64,000 bases of DNA, taken from a virus. Made by a program: the position numbers and the translations under genes. The DNA is taken from positions 37,220-101,219 of the IMG/VR virus record IMGVR_UViG_3300047557_002442, one strand, 5' to 3'. Below, piece by piece: positions 9,251-19,400 of the stretch (position 1 is its first letter; every line of letters begins with the position of its first letter). The notes beneath the pieces were generated by a model that worked only from the letters and a program-made list of their open reading frames with translations, was not told where the DNA came from and ran no database searches.

Positions 9251-11053
9251 CTAACCCTCACAGGCAATACAGGTATCCCCTTCAGCAATTTGCTTAAGAT
9301 CGATCTCTTCAATAACTTGACGCTCTATCTTCTTAGCAACTTTGTCGGCTTTACCAATTTTTTCTGAACGGCAATAGTACAACGTTTTCAGACCCATCTT
9401 CCACGCCATAAAGTGTATAGCATGTAGATACTTAATATTGACGTTTGGTCTGAAGAAAAGATTTAGCGATTGTGCTTGATCAATGAACGCTTGACGATCG
9501 GCAGCATGCTGAATGATCCATCGTTGGTCGATCTCCATGGAAGTCTTGAAAACATCTTTTGTCCAGTCATCCATCCAATCCAGGTGTTGAACCGATCCAT
9601 CGTTTGCAATAATGGAACTCCATGTCTCATCATACCAACCTTCTTTCTCGTTCTCTGCTTGTTTACGAACAATCCTATCTAACCACTTGTTTTTGTTGAG
9701 GTATGAGCCAGATAATGTATCTTGTCTATAGGCATTTGCTCTATATGGTTCTATTGAAGGTGATGTATTACCCATAATAATAGAGCTAGAGGCATTAGGG
9801 GCAATAGCCATAAGATGAGAAAAACGATTACCAGTACCAACGGCATCTGGTGCTTCACCTCGCTCTGCACCAAGTTGTTTGTTTGCTTCATCCAGCTTCT
9901 CTCTCATATGTTTAAATATTTTAATATTTGTACTAGCTGCTAATGATGTTTCCCATGGAATGTTGTGCTTTTGTAAGTATGCATGATATCCTAAAGCACC
10001 AACACCAATTGACCTCTCTCTATTAGCACTGTGTATTGCACGACTTATTTCATTCGGTGCATTACTAATAAAGTGTGAAAGTACATTATCTAACATCTCA
10101 GCAACATCACGTAAGAACAATGGATCATCTTTCCATTCATCAAAGTATTCTAAGTTCACTGAAGACAAACAACATACTGCCGTACGATCTTTATCTGTTG
10201 GTAGAATAATTTCAGAACATAAGTTTGATTGTCTGATCTTCAACCCAAAACGCTTTTGCCATTCTGGCATCAATCTATTAGATGTATCAATATAATGGAT
10301 ATATGGTTCACCAGTCTGCATTCTCATTTCCAGAATACGCTGCCACAACTCTCTTGCAGGTACTTTATCGCGAACTTCACCATTGTGTGGATCTTTTAGT
10401 TCCCATGTATCATCAGCATCCTTATCAATCATACAACGCTCAATCAACTCCATGAAGTCGTCTGTAATATTGATACCATGATGAAGATTCAAACATCGCA
10501 TGTTTTGATCCCCAGTCGGTTTTCTCATCTCTAAGAAAATAAGGATGTCTGGGTGACTAATGTCCAAATAAGCAGCATAACTGCCGCGACGAGTCCTACC
10601 TTGACGATAAGCCAAACTACTTGCATCATAAGTTCTAAGATGAGGCATAACACCCACAGACTTATCATCAGCACTACGAATCCCAACGCCAATTCCAACA
10701 CCGCCTCCTAACATCGACAACCAATTGACTTCCGACAAACAATCAACCAACCCTTGTGCACTATCATGTAAGTAAGGCAGAAAACAAGAGATAGGAAGAG
10801 ACCTAGCACTACGCCCTGTAGACAAAATAGGAGTACTGTAAGATAACCAATGCTTGCTAGAATACTCATAAAGACGCTGAGCATGTTCTGGGTTAGATCC
10901 AAACTTCTTTGATACATATGCAAATCTTTCTTGTGGTGACTGTTCATTATCAAGCATGTACGATTCGCGTAATCTTTTGAGACCTAGTTCATCAAACAAA
11001 CTATCTCTGGTGGGATCTATCTTCACATCCCATTGAACATTTTCAATATCCAT
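9251..11053 (-). CDS. nrdA: Ribonucleotide reductase class Ia alpha subunit (no ATP cone)
   Basis: PISCF, SNLCSEI, AIAPNASSS, KTLYY, C-terminal CIAC. Confidence 0.95.
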   Translation of the reverse strand: MDIENVQWDVKIDPTRDSLFDELGLKRLRESYMLDNEQSPQERFAYVSKKFGSNPEHAQRLYEYSSKHWLSYSTPILSTGRSARSLPISCFLPYLHDSAQGLVDCLSEVNWLSMLGGGVGIGVGIRSADDKSVGVMPHLRTYDASSLAYRQGRTRRGSYAAYLDISHPDILIFLEMRKPTGDQNMRCLNLHHGINITDDFMELIERCMIDKDADDTWELKDPHNGEVRDKVPARELWQRILEMRMQTGEPYIHYIDTSNRLMPEWQKRFGLKIRQSNLCSEIILPTDKDRTAVCCLSSVNLEYFDEWKDDPLFLRDVAEMLDNVLSHFISNAPNEISRAIHSANRERSIGVGALGYHAYLQKHNIPWETSLAASTNIKIFKHMREKLDEANKQLGAERGEAPDAVGTGNRFSHLMAIAPNASSSIIMGNTSPSIEPYRANAYRQDTLSGSYLNKNKWLDRIVRKQAENEKEGWYDETWSSIIANDGSVQHLDWMDDWTKDVFKTSMEIDQRWIIQHAADRQAFIDQAQSLNLFFRPNVNIKYLHAIHFMAWKMGLKTLYYCRSEKIGKADKVAKKIERQVIEEIDLKQIAEGDTCIACEG

Positions 11054-11063
11054 AAAACCTCAG

Positions 11064-11648
11064 TTAATCTTTTTCGTTGTTGTAAATTTTGTCAAATAAT
11101 TTCTTTTGTTCCGTATACCACTCTTGCCAAGCCTTTGTCTGTTCTACTACTTCGTGGTAGATTCCGTAGTTTTCTGTGACGGTTCTTCCGACATCAGAGA
11201 TTTTAACTTCGGAGGTTCCTTCATAAGATTCGCTGGGGCTGTCGGGAACGACGGCTTTGGCGGCACTGTCATGAAGCAAGACGAAAGCATTAGGGACACG
11301 GCAATCATTGTCATACTTTGTAACGTATTGATCAACATACTTGACGATCTCATTTGTTTTCTCCTTAATCTGTATTATCTTTTTGTCATGCTTATCAGCT
11401 AACATTTTATTAAGATCTGTTGACTCTTGTTGGTATTGTTGAGCCTTTGCCTCCAATATAGCTATTTGTTCTCTCATATCCTTTTGACCAAATATGAGGC
11501 CTTCCAAGAATACTGAAGCACAAAATATTAAAGCTGCTATTGGATATAATAGTATACTTCTCAATATCGATGCTACTATTATACCACCAATTCCTACAAA
11601 AAGCAATAGATGAACTACCCAATCTGGGATTAAATTTATCACCCACAT
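11064..11648 (-). CDS. Rz-like inner-membrane spanin
   Basis: N-terminal TM segments, coiled coil, C.VP.AFV.LHD.AA motif. Confidence 0.65.
   Translation of the reverse strand: MWVINLIPDWVVHLLLFVGIGGIIVASILRSILLYPIAALIFCASVFLEGLIFGQKDMREQIAILEAKAQQYQQESTDLNKMLADKHDKKIIQIKEKTNEIVKYVDQYVTKYDNDCRVPNAFVLLHDSAAKAVVPDSPSESYEGTSEVKISDVGRTVTENYGIYHEVVEQTKAWQEWYTEQKKLFDKIYNNEKD
11147..11314 (-). CDS. Embedded Rz1-like outer-membrane spanin lipoprotein
   Basis: +1 frame inside the Rz-like gene: MTMIAVSLMLSSC lipobox followed by Pro-rich VPPKPSFPTAP. Confidence 0.6.
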   Translation of the reverse strand: MTMIAVSLMLSSCFMTVPPKPSFPTAPANLMKEPPKLKSLMSEEPSQKTTESTTK

Positions 11649-11656
11649 ACTAACTC

Positions 11657-12325
11657 CTATTGATTTGTGAACTCGTCTATCATTGGAAACACTTCACTGA
11701 TTACCTTTGCACAAGCAATAGCTATATCAGCATGTTCCTTCTGTGTTCCGTTGGCAGAACGGAGTTCTATGTAATGTACCCATGAACGAAGTGTTCCGTT
11801 CATATATAAGCGAGAAACGGTGTTTCCTTCTGGTAATACTGCACGTGCTTGCTCTTTTGCAATCCCATTACTGATTGCCCATTGGTAGGCACGCTTTGCT
11901 TCCATAATAACAGAAAGCTGTCTATTTTCCCACTCTTCCTTCAAATATTCATCATCTGTTTCTACTGAGTTTTGACGATTCACTGGATCTTGAAGTCTTG
12001 CTTCTCTTACCTCAAAATCAAGGTCTGATGTCGGATCTGCATAGCGCTGACTAAATTCTTGGAATGAAAATGATCTATGACGAAGCATTTGTCTAGCTAT
12101 ATCACGGGTTGTAGTAATCTCGAGACATAGAGAGACCATCTCAAGAGGTGACCAATGTTTATGCTTTGTAAGATAGCGAATCAGTTTCTCACTTGTTTCT
12201 GTATTGTATTGATTTGCTGGATTTGATACTCGTGCACAGAATGCTACTAAATCTTGAGCATCTTCGAGTCCTTGCTGTTTTACTTCATCATGTGGTTGGG
12301 AGTAACTGATCAGTTTTATTTTCAT
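11657..12325 (-). CDS. thyX: Flavin-dependent thymidylate synthase
   Basis: RHRSFSFQEFSQRY signature. Confidence 0.95.
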   Translation of the reverse strand: MKIKLISYSQPHDEVKQQGLEDAQDLVAFCARVSNPANQYNTETSEKLIRYLTKHKHWSPLEMVSLCLEITTTRDIARQMLRHRSFSFQEFSQRYADPTSDLDFEVREARLQDPVNRQNSVETDDEYLKEEWENRQLSVIMEAKRAYQWAISNGIAKEQARAVLPEGNTVSRLYMNGTLRSWVHYIELRSANGTQKEHADIAIACAKVISEVFPMIDEFTNQ

Positions 12326-12326
12326 T

Positions 12327-13322
12327 TCATACCTTTTTCCATGTTGCCATTCTTGCTTTTGCTGCTAAGCCTTGAAAGACGTTTTCATCTATAATCTTTT
12401 TGTAAGTACTAAGACCACTCATAACCATTTCATTTATATCTTTGTAAGGTATATATTCGGGCCATATGGCAACTTTATAACCTTGATCGATATATTTTTC
12501 TATCCTTCTAACAATCTCTTTATTACGAGGCTCATTATCAAACACAATAACTGCGTTGTCCTTATTGAGATCGGTAGGTAGATCTGCCCCTGCCATTGCG
12601 ATTGCATTAGGCAGAAACATAGAGTCAATTGGACCTTCCGTTACGTAGAAAGTCTTGTTCATATCTACAGAATCAAGACCAAATAGCTTTGGTTTTGAAT
12701 CGTCAATAACTATAGTTATATATCTAATTCCATCTTTAGAAAAACTTCTTCCTTGCAGGGCGAATAAAGTCCCTTCTTTATCGATAAACGGAATAACCAT
12801 GCGGGGTTCATCGATGCTGGCATCAAATTTATCTGGAATGAAAGTATTGACCCATGCTTTAAATTTTGGTACATAAAATAATTTTGCATGGAATGGAGTT
12901 GGAATTAATCTTGAGTCAACATACTGTTTTGCAGGATGATCCGGTCTTAACTGTGATACCTTCTTTAACATCTTGAGAGGAGACTCTTTGATAAACTTTG
13001 GCTTCTCGAAAGATGTTATATCAATAGGCTTTTGCTCTTGTGGAGTATGCTTAGCTACAAATCTTTCTTGAGCATATTCTTTATAGAGAGTTGGATCTAA
13101 TGTCTTAATAAAGTTACCGAGTGACATTGATGCGCCACAGTTATGACAATAGAATACTGTTTTATCAGCTTTACTAAGGATATAACCACGGGTTTTTGAT
13201 TTTTTAGTATGAGAATCCCCACATAGAGGACATCTGAAGTTATAGACGTTGTTTGTCTGTTTTTTGAAGCGTTCTAGTCTAGGGGAGAGTAAGTTTGCGT
13301 ATTTGTAATCAATAAAGTCCAA
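12327..13322 (-). CDS. 61: T4 gp61-type DNA primase
   Basis: CPLCGDS...CHNC zinc finger, TEGPIDS, FDNEPRN, KDIN (TOPRIM); TTG start. Confidence 0.93.
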   Translation of the reverse strand: MDFIDYKYANLLSPRLERFKKQTNNVYNFRCPLCGDSHTKKSKTRGYILSKADKTVFYCHNCGASMSLGNFIKTLDPTLYKEYAQERFVAKHTPQEQKPIDITSFEKPKFIKESPLKMLKKVSQLRPDHPAKQYVDSRLIPTPFHAKLFYVPKFKAWVNTFIPDKFDASIDEPRMVIPFIDKEGTLFALQGRSFSKDGIRYITIVIDDSKPKLFGLDSVDMNKTFYVTEGPIDSMFLPNAIAMAGADLPTDLNKDNAVIVFDNEPRNKEIVRRIEKYIDQGYKVAIWPEYIPYKDINEMVMSGLSTYKKIIDENVFQGLAAKARMATWKKV

Positions 13323-13330
13323 TATATAAT

Positions 13331-13380
13331 CCTTTCGCTTAACAGCGTTATTATACTGCTAAACGAAAGGATAAGTCAAC
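13331..13380 (-). promoter_or_regulatory. Sigma70-type primase promoter embedded in an RBS-sequestering hairpin
   Basis: TTGACT-18bp-TATAAT; CCTTTCGTTTAGCAG / CTGTTAAGCGAAAGG form a 15 bp stem with 2 G-U pairs. Confidence 0.7.
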
Positions 13381-13381
13381 T

Positions 13382-13609
13382 TTATTTTATTAAATGTGAT
13401 ATGATGTATCCAATAACGATTCCACCACCGATAACCATCCATCTCCATTTTTCGAGATTGGTTAGTCTTTCCTCGATGTTAATGAAATGCCTCATCAAAG
13501 CATCATGCTGCTCTTTTTGTTCTGCTCTGAGCTCTTTGATGTCTGTTGCTATATTTTTTACTTCATTTTCCAAGACGGCAATCCTCGCTACTGAATCATA
13601 CATTTCCAT
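13382..13609 (-). CDS. XhlA/holin-associated coiled-coil membrane protein
   Basis: Coiled coil plus C-terminal TM (KWRWMVIGGGIVIG). Confidence 0.5.
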   Translation of the reverse strand: MEMYDSVARIAVLENEVKNIATDIKELRAEQKEQHDALMRHFINIEERLTNLEKWRWMVIGGGIVIGYIISHLIK

Positions 13610-13614
13610 GACAA

Positions 13615-13899
13615 CTATTCTCCAGCTTGATCAGATCCGGACTTGATAGCTTCAACTTTTTCTTGTCCACGTGTCCATGCACTGATACCTAAAATAGCAC
13701 CAAATGCAATATGTATCAATCCACCACCTTGCAATGTTAATGATTGCCACATAGCAATATGTTGACCTGGATTCCAGAATTGTAACAGGTTAAAAAGTAC
13801 TGGACCAAGAATAAAATCAAAAATATTGATAGCCATATATGTTACTGCCATCATAGGACGCCATTTCGTGGTCATCCAATCTTCTTTTTTAGCTGCCAT
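13615..13899 (-). CDS. Holin, 3TM (GTA-holin-like) family
   Basis: WRP motif, TM segments, GISAWTRGQEK. Confidence 0.6.
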   Translation of the reverse strand: MAAKKEDWMTTKWRPMMAVTYMAINIFDFILGPVLFNLLQFWNPGQHIAMWQSLTLQGGGLIHIAFGAILGISAWTRGQEKVEAIKSGSDQAGE

Positions 13900-14160
13900 G
13901 TTTTTTCCTTTGTTATTATTATACCACACTTGCTGCTGTTATTAGCCCATTTAAGACTTCATTGAGCAATTGTTTTTCCGCTGCAGCTGCAGCATTATCT
14001 GCAATTACTTCTTGGGATTTCAAGTCTTTCAATAGTTCTACATATTCGGGCTGGGACATTAAACCAGCCTCATATAATGTTTTATACTTATCTGCCTTGT
14101 CGGCCAGTCCTTTTACGTATTCACTACTTACATCTGAGAATTCTGATAGAAATTGTTTAC

Positions 14161-14544
14161 TCATTTTGGTTTCCTTACTACACTATATTGAATAGCTTTG
14201 GCGGAATCATGAATGGTTCTGAGCTTAATCTTGCAATACTCCTCACTCACGGGTTCACCACTAGCATATCTACTTTTGAGACCTTTTGTTATCTCAACCA
14301 AAGACTTTGCCATGTTGACAGTTTCATCATTATATGGTGTTACTGAGTCATAATTATAAAATTCAACAGATTGAATATACAATTCACTGGATATAACAAT
14401 CATTGAGTCTTTTTGTTCACAGTCAGCCAACTCAGCAGTTGTTCTAATTTTATTCACAAGCATGTGCTCAGTATCATTATATCTTGCCATGTTTAGTATT
14501 GAGCAGCCTGTTAATAACAATGCCATTAAGGTTATTCTAATCAC
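14161..14544 (-). CDS. Lipoprotein
   Basis: LLLTGC lipobox. Confidence 0.6.
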   Translation of the reverse strand: MIRITLMALLLTGCSILNMARYNDTEHMLVNKIRTTAELADCEQKDSMIVISSELYIQSVEFYNYDSVTPYNDETVNMAKSLVEITKGLKSRYASGEPVSEEYCKIKLRTIHDSAKAIQYSVVRKPK

Positions 14545-15068
14545 TTTGGTGGACTCCTTCTCTCAATAGTCTTCATTAAATTAAATTTGTTTTTACGTCG
14601 CTTGATAATACCAGGAGGTTCACCCTGAGCTCCAACACCAACCCCTGCTATCTTGCCACCACTTACGACGTTAGCAGGACCCGCAGCTTCACCTTCCTCA
14701 TTTAGTTGCCTTTGCACCAAATGAATATAGTTTGGTAACATGTTTTCAACAACCAAAAACATCTCATCATCATCAAGATCCCTTAGGTAGGACTCTTCAC
14801 GTAGCAACAAAAGAGCAGCAGCATAAGATGCTATTCTTGTCTTACCACCAGGTACTGTTCCTAGTAGTTTCTTTAGATTTGCAACAAGCCTGTCAAAGTA
14901 TCTCCACGAATTCTTTTCTTCCATGGTTTTTAATGTTGAAGACTTTCTTAAAACCTTACCATTCTTATCAATGATACCATATTTGTAGGCATCCCATTTT
15001 TCAAATGGAGTTGCAAGTCTCTTGATAAACTGATACGTAACAAACGTGTCAACTACTGGACCCGACAT
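14541..15068 (-). CDS. Conserved T4-like phage protein
   Basis: TPFEKWDAYKYGIIDKNG motif. Confidence 0.55.
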   Translation of the reverse strand: MSGPVVDTFVTYQFIKRLATPFEKWDAYKYGIIDKNGKVLRKSSTLKTMEEKNSWRYFDRLVANLKKLLGTVPGGKTRIASYAAALLLLREESYLRDLDDDEMFLVVENMLPNYIHLVQRQLNEEGEAAGPANVVSGGKIAGVGVGAQGEPPGIIKRRKNKFNLMKTIERRSPPK

Positions 15069-15463
15069 TATATTTTCCTTAGTGCCTGTACAATTCCTTC
15101 ATCCAACGGGATGTCTGATACACTTATGTTCTTACCATCTATTCCAATGTTATATACAAAATCTGGACAATAGTTTAGTAAAACAAGAAATGGAATTAAG
15201 TACGAGTAATATTTGTTTAATTTAAAAAATAACATCCGTGTTGTTGCTGGAACACCAAATGTATTATATAAAATTATTATATGGTTAAGGATGAGTCTCT
15301 CTTTGAGATCACCCTCTTCCTCATATCTACTAAACAACCTTTTTATATACTTGAACCTATTAAGGTCCTCATAAAATTCTAGCGTACTAAAACATGATGG
15401 GTTGTCATAATTCTTAGCCGCATATAATAAAAAGTTTGTTTCATCAAGTTTATCGCTGTGCAT
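15068..15463 (-). CDS. Conserved T4-like phage protein
   Basis: YDNP.C....EFYEDL.RFKYIKRL, RLILNHIIILYN. Confidence 0.6.
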   Translation of the reverse strand: MHSDKLDETNFLLYAAKNYDNPSCFSTLEFYEDLNRFKYIKRLFSRYEEEGDLKERLILNHIIILYNTFGVPATTRMLFFKLNKYYSYLIPFLVLLNYCPDFVYNIGIDGKNISVSDIPLDEGIVQALRKI

Positions 15464-15469
15464 TATATA

Positions 15470-15829
15470 CTACCAAGTTTCGAGCAGAGCCCTCTTCCAT
15501 GTATTTGTCGACACACAAACATACACATACGTGTTACCAAATCTAACTTCACCTGTTGTACCATTTGCACTGGCACTTGCTGGTATATTGTTTAGATTAG
15601 CAACAGATACTTTTGTTGATATGGTCAACGTGTCAATCGTAGCTGTATTGGATACTGTTACTGCATGTTTCAATCCAACTGGCGTTGATACATTAGCGAA
15701 AAAATTTGATACAGTTACTTTTTTGTTACTCGGGCTAGTGTTGGGGCTATCTACTACCATGAGTAGATCGTCCCCAGACACACTCGTGAGCCCTTGTAAA
15801 TCAGTAATTTTTTTAGCTTGCGTAGCCAT
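15470..15829 (-). CDS. Virion structural / fibre-associated protein
   Basis: KITDL...KKVT repeat and G.VR....YVYVC...NTWKR C-terminus seen in phage fibres. Confidence 0.55.
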   Translation of the reverse strand: MATQAKKITDLQGLTSVSGDDLLMVVDSPNTSPSNKKVTVSNFFANVSTPVGLKHAVTVSNTATIDTLTISTKVSVANLNNIPASASANGTTGEVRFGNTYVYVCVSTNTWKRALLETW

Positions 15830-15831
15830 TA

Positions 15832-16668
15832 TTATGCGTCAGGTAATACATCGTCATCGGAGCCATCTGTACTAATAGAACCCATAGCAACCAGAGTTTC
15901 GTATTGTACACGACCAGCACGGCCACCAGAACCAACAGTACGCAACACCCAACCAGCGTGTGCTACACCTTTGTTCTGAGCACCACCTACTACAGCAACA
16001 CCAGTAGCTGTTTCACCAGTTAATGTATGACCAGTTTCACTGACACTTGCTGTTAAATCTATTACGTCACCAGAAGGTGTAGCAGCTAGTTTGATAGTTG
16101 TTGAGTTGGCAGCAACTACATAATATTTAACACCTGATGTTAGACCTCCAACAACAGTATTACCAGCAGCAACAGTATATGTTAGTGCATCCCCTACCTG
16201 AAACTTAGTATTTGCAGTTGTCAGAGCAATAGTATCATTTGTATTTGAAACGGCACTCAAAGCATTAAATGTGATGCCTGTTGGTGCTGCAATTGCTACC
16301 GTTGGATTTGTTTCATAGCTAGATCCAGCAGCAGTAATATTCAGAAGTGTAATTTTACCTGTAGATAGATTAGCAAACGCATTAGCTGTTGCTGATGCAC
16401 CACCGCCACCACTGATTGTTACAGTAGCATTGCCTGTATATCCAGAGCCAGCTGATGTAATAATCAACTGCGCTACGTTACCAGAACCAACGGCATCTTC
16501 TGTTGGGTCTACAGCAAACATACCTGTTGTGACATTGGTAATAAATGCATCTGGTGTTGTGTTATCGTATAGGTTATCTCTATTTGTTGTATTTGGTGCC
16601 AACTTTACACTTGTTGGAGCCCAAAGCACGCTGTTAGAAGCAGCGTCTGATTTTCCCCATTGAGACAT
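15832..16668 (-). CDS. Virion structural protein (decoration or fibre)
   Basis: T/A/G-rich beta repeats (AGSGY), HAGWV...GRAGRVQYETLVAM C-terminus. Confidence 0.6.
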   Translation of the reverse strand: MSQWGKSDAASNSVLWAPTSVKLAPNTTNRDNLYDNTTPDAFITNVTTGMFAVDPTEDAVGSGNVAQLIITSAGSGYTGNATVTISGGGGASATANAFANLSTGKITLLNITAAGSSYETNPTVAIAAPTGITFNALSAVSNTNDTIALTTANTKFQVGDALTYTVAAGNTVVGGLTSGVKYYVVAANSTTIKLAATPSGDVIDLTASVSETGHTLTGETATGVAVVGGAQNKGVAHAGWVLRTVGSGGRAGRVQYETLVAMGSISTDGSDDDVLPDA

Positions 16669-16706
16669 TTGTCTTTCTCCTTAATTTGTACTTTTATATT
16701 TAGTTG

Positions 16707-17417
16707 TTATAAAACTTTGTGAACAGACATTAAATGCTCGTGAGACTGCGCAATATGATCATGAACCTTAGCACGATCAGCTGGTTTCAATTTGTCTGTT
16801 GCTGTCATTACTTTATGTGCAACATCATGTGGCACAAAGTGTGTTTTACCATTAGCAAACTTGACATCAGCACCACCTTTTTCATGTTTCATATCAGTTG
16901 CGACTTTTAACTGTACCGCAATGTGCTTGTCAGGTTCTGACTGAAGGTGCGGACTTTCTGGTCTATCTGGACCTTTGTCATCCTCTTCTTCGTCATCATC
17001 TTCAGACTTCTTAGCTGCTGGAGCTGGAGTCTTTCTTGGACGGCCACGAGCTTCATCAAGAATTCTTTTCAGTAACTCATTGCCTTCTTTAATGTGTTTA
17101 ATTTTGCTACCCATTTCAGCAGCGTCATCAAGTTCTGTATCTGTAAGGTGTTCACCAACCTTGATACCATGAGCAAGATTTTTGCCAACTTGATGTACCT
17201 TGTACATTGGCTTACCATCTTTTTTAACTTGGCTAACATGTAATGCATCTGGATGCAATGCTTCATTCATACTCTTCTCTTTTTTCAAACGATCCACGAC
17301 TGACTTGAGACCCTGCTTAGCTAGGTGTTTTGCAGAAGAATATCCCTGACCATACTTACCAGCCTTAGCAATTGGGTCTCTTGGTTTATCTGGTGTAAAA
17401 GGTGGTTTCTTATCCAT
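16707..17417 (-). CDS. His/Lys-rich putative head-internal protein
   Basis: K/H-rich composition, RGRPRK AT-hook-like motif, late-gene context. Confidence 0.45.
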   Translation of the reverse strand: MDKKPPFTPDKPRDPIAKAGKYGQGYSSAKHLAKQGLKSVVDRLKKEKSMNEALHPDALHVSQVKKDGKPMYKVHQVGKNLAHGIKVGEHLTDTELDDAAEMGSKIKHIKEGNELLKRILDEARGRPRKTPAPAAKKSEDDDEEEDDKGPDRPESPHLQSEPDKHIAVQLKVATDMKHEKGGADVKFANGKTHFVPHDVAHKVMTATDKLKPADRAKVHDHIAQSHEHLMSVHKVL

Positions 17418-17418
17418 A

Positions 17419-17937
17419 TTACATGCCTTTCTTTTTCTTATGATTCATGTGCATTTCAGATACTAAAACTTCAAGTTCTGTTATTGGAACACGCTTCTCA
17501 ATACCATGCTCAAACATAACATCATACCATTCAATCAAACCATCTGCATTTGGTGTAGCGTGTTGGCTATGTAAGGTTTTACCTTCACCAAGTCTTGAGT
17601 GTTTAACGTGAACAGCACAACAATGTTGCCCTGGGGTGTCACGTTCTTCGGCTTTTTTCATATGCATAGCTTCTTTAACATCTGACTCTTCTTTTGATAC
17701 TTTCTTGCCAGCTCGAAGTTTTGCAAAGTCCTCTGCATCAATTTTGTTTGGATCACCTGCCATAGCAGCGATTTTCTTTTGTTTTGCGGAAAGAACTTTT
17801 TCAGCAACCATACGGTCAACTTTTTTCTGTTCTTCTACATAGTCTTGAATGCTGTTACCTACTACACCCTTCACAGCGTCCATCAGACCTTTACTTACAT
17901 TAAATAATGCCATTTTACTTCTCCTAGTCGTTGTCAA
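17419..17937 (-). CDS. Hypothetical late protein
   Basis: ORF; WYDVMFEHGIE motif. Confidence 0.45.
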   Translation of the reverse strand: MTTTRRSKMALFNVSKGLMDAVKGVVGNSIQDYVEEQKKVDRMVAEKVLSAKQKKIAAMAGDPNKIDAEDFAKLRAGKKVSKEESDVKEAMHMKKAEERDTPGQHCCAVHVKHSRLGEGKTLHSQHATPNADGLIEWYDVMFEHGIEKRVPITELEVLVSEMHMNHKKKKGM

Positions 17938-18571
17938 TTATCTTTAATTTTCTTTGTGCTTTTAAATTTCTCGACAACGCGTAACGGCTGTTGTCTATAT
18001 CTTTATCATGCTCTGTTGTTTTTGTATATGATGGTACTAAGAATCTCTTCATTGCTTTCTGGAGGTCAAACTTCTGTGCATCAAAAATATTTCCTTCAGT
18101 ATCAAGATGCTTAGTAATTCTACCCAACACCCCATCCAAGAAATCAAACTTCTCTAACATCTTTGCATTAGCAGCATGTAGTTTGATTCGTTTGATATAA
18201 TTTTGTGCATCAGTAATGTCAAGAGGCTCAGCTCTTTCTTTTGAATCAACCTTCTCAACAAGAGCAAACAGTTGATCTAAAACAATAGCAGCTTTTTCCA
18301 TCTCATTAACATTTATGTCTTTTGGTAGATCAACAAATAACTTTTGTGCTTGTGGACTTACCTCAAAATGTTTCGTACGGTATGTACCAACAGATATTTG
18401 ATCATTCTCATCTGTCTCAACATCAATACGTTGTTCAATCATTGTCTTAATGATTGCTGTCTTTAGTGATTCGTACTGGCTTTGAGGTTTCACTCGACCA
18501 GTCATTAAGTCTTTAATTATATTTTCTACTGATCTCATTATTGACCTTTCAGAACAGATTTGAGCATCCAC
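17924..18571 (-). CDS. Hypothetical protein
   Basis: Long ORF in the operon; probable start at 18538. Confidence 0.45.
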   Translation of the reverse strand: MDAQICSERSIMRSVENIIKDLMTGRVKPQSQYESLKTAIIKTMIEQRIDVETDENDQISVGTYRTKHFEVSPQAQKLFVDLPKDINVNEMEKAAIVLDQLFALVEKVDSKERAEPLDITDAQNYIKRIKLHAANAKMLEKFDFLDGVLGRITKHLDTEGNIFDAQKFDLQKAMKRFLVPSYTKTTEHDKDIDNSRYALSRNLKAQRKLKIIDND

Positions 18572-18981
18572 TCATGTTTCTTGTGAGCTTCAATTCTGGC
18601 TTGCAAGAAATTTGACAGTCCAATTTGACTATATCTTTCGGCCATATTATAAAGCTCTAACAACTTTGTTTGATAGATGTTGTTGTTAGCTAACAAATCT
18701 CTATACATTGTAATAGGATCAGCTGGCATTGCTGGTGTTTCTGATAAATCAGACAACTCATCAAATCTCTTCAATGTAGATGAAGTGTAGGCACCGAGTT
18801 GACGCACATGTTCAGCTAATGGATCAACAGAACCATAAACATCTGCATAAAACTCCCCAAAGAATTCATGGTCCTGTGGAAAATTTCTACCTTCCACATT
18901 CCAGTGGTAAACATTCGCCTTAAAATATAATTCAAATGTGGTTGCAAGTAACTTTTGCGTTTGATTAATTAGTTCTTCCAT
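18538..18981 (-). CDS. dps: Dps/ferritin-like protein
   Basis: YHWNVEG.NF...HEFFGE, D.LAE..RQLG, HKKHEWML. Confidence 0.88.
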   Translation of the reverse strand: MEELINQTQKLLATTFELYFKANVYHWNVEGRNFPQDHEFFGEFYADVYGSVDPLAEHVRQLGAYTSSTLKRFDELSDLSETPAMPADPITMYRDLLANNNIYQTKLLELYNMAERYSQIGLSNFLQARIEAHKKHEWMLKSVLKGQ

Positions 18982-19400
18982 TATACATCCTTGTTATCTA
19001 ACGGCCCATTTGTAAGCCATGCATCACAGGTTCTTGAACCTGCACATTTAAAATGAAAGAGTGTGCAGTAACCTAAATTTGCTAGTTTGACCGTTTCTTC
19101 GGCACCACCATCTTCTTTCTCACCCTGCTTTATACCATCTGACATACATTTAATCATTTCATCAGAAACATTAAAGGCAGCACAGTTATGACATCTTGCT
19201 GTCTTTGCATACTCAACTGGTACATTCCACATCTTCGCTTTTGCCTTCCAAAACTCATTTGATGGTTCCATTGGATTGAGTGGTCCATATCCATATTCAT
19301 CTATTGCATGTTGTCTATTTTTAAGATTCACGTGTATATCATATGTTGCTATTGGGCAACTTGTTTTTTTCTCGAAAATGTATTGCTTGAATGTCTTCAT
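18981..19400 (-). CDS. Cys-rich protein with capsid-targeting-like N-terminus
   Basis: MKTFKQYIFE start; CHNC, C..FHFKC...RTC. Confidence 0.55.
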   Translation of the reverse strand: MKTFKQYIFEKKTSCPIATYDIHVNLKNRQHAIDEYGYGPLNPMEPSNEFWKAKAKMWNVPVEYAKTARCHNCAAFNVSDEMIKCMSDGIKQGEKEDGGAEETVKLANLGYCTLFHFKCAGSRTCDAWLTNGPLDNKDV

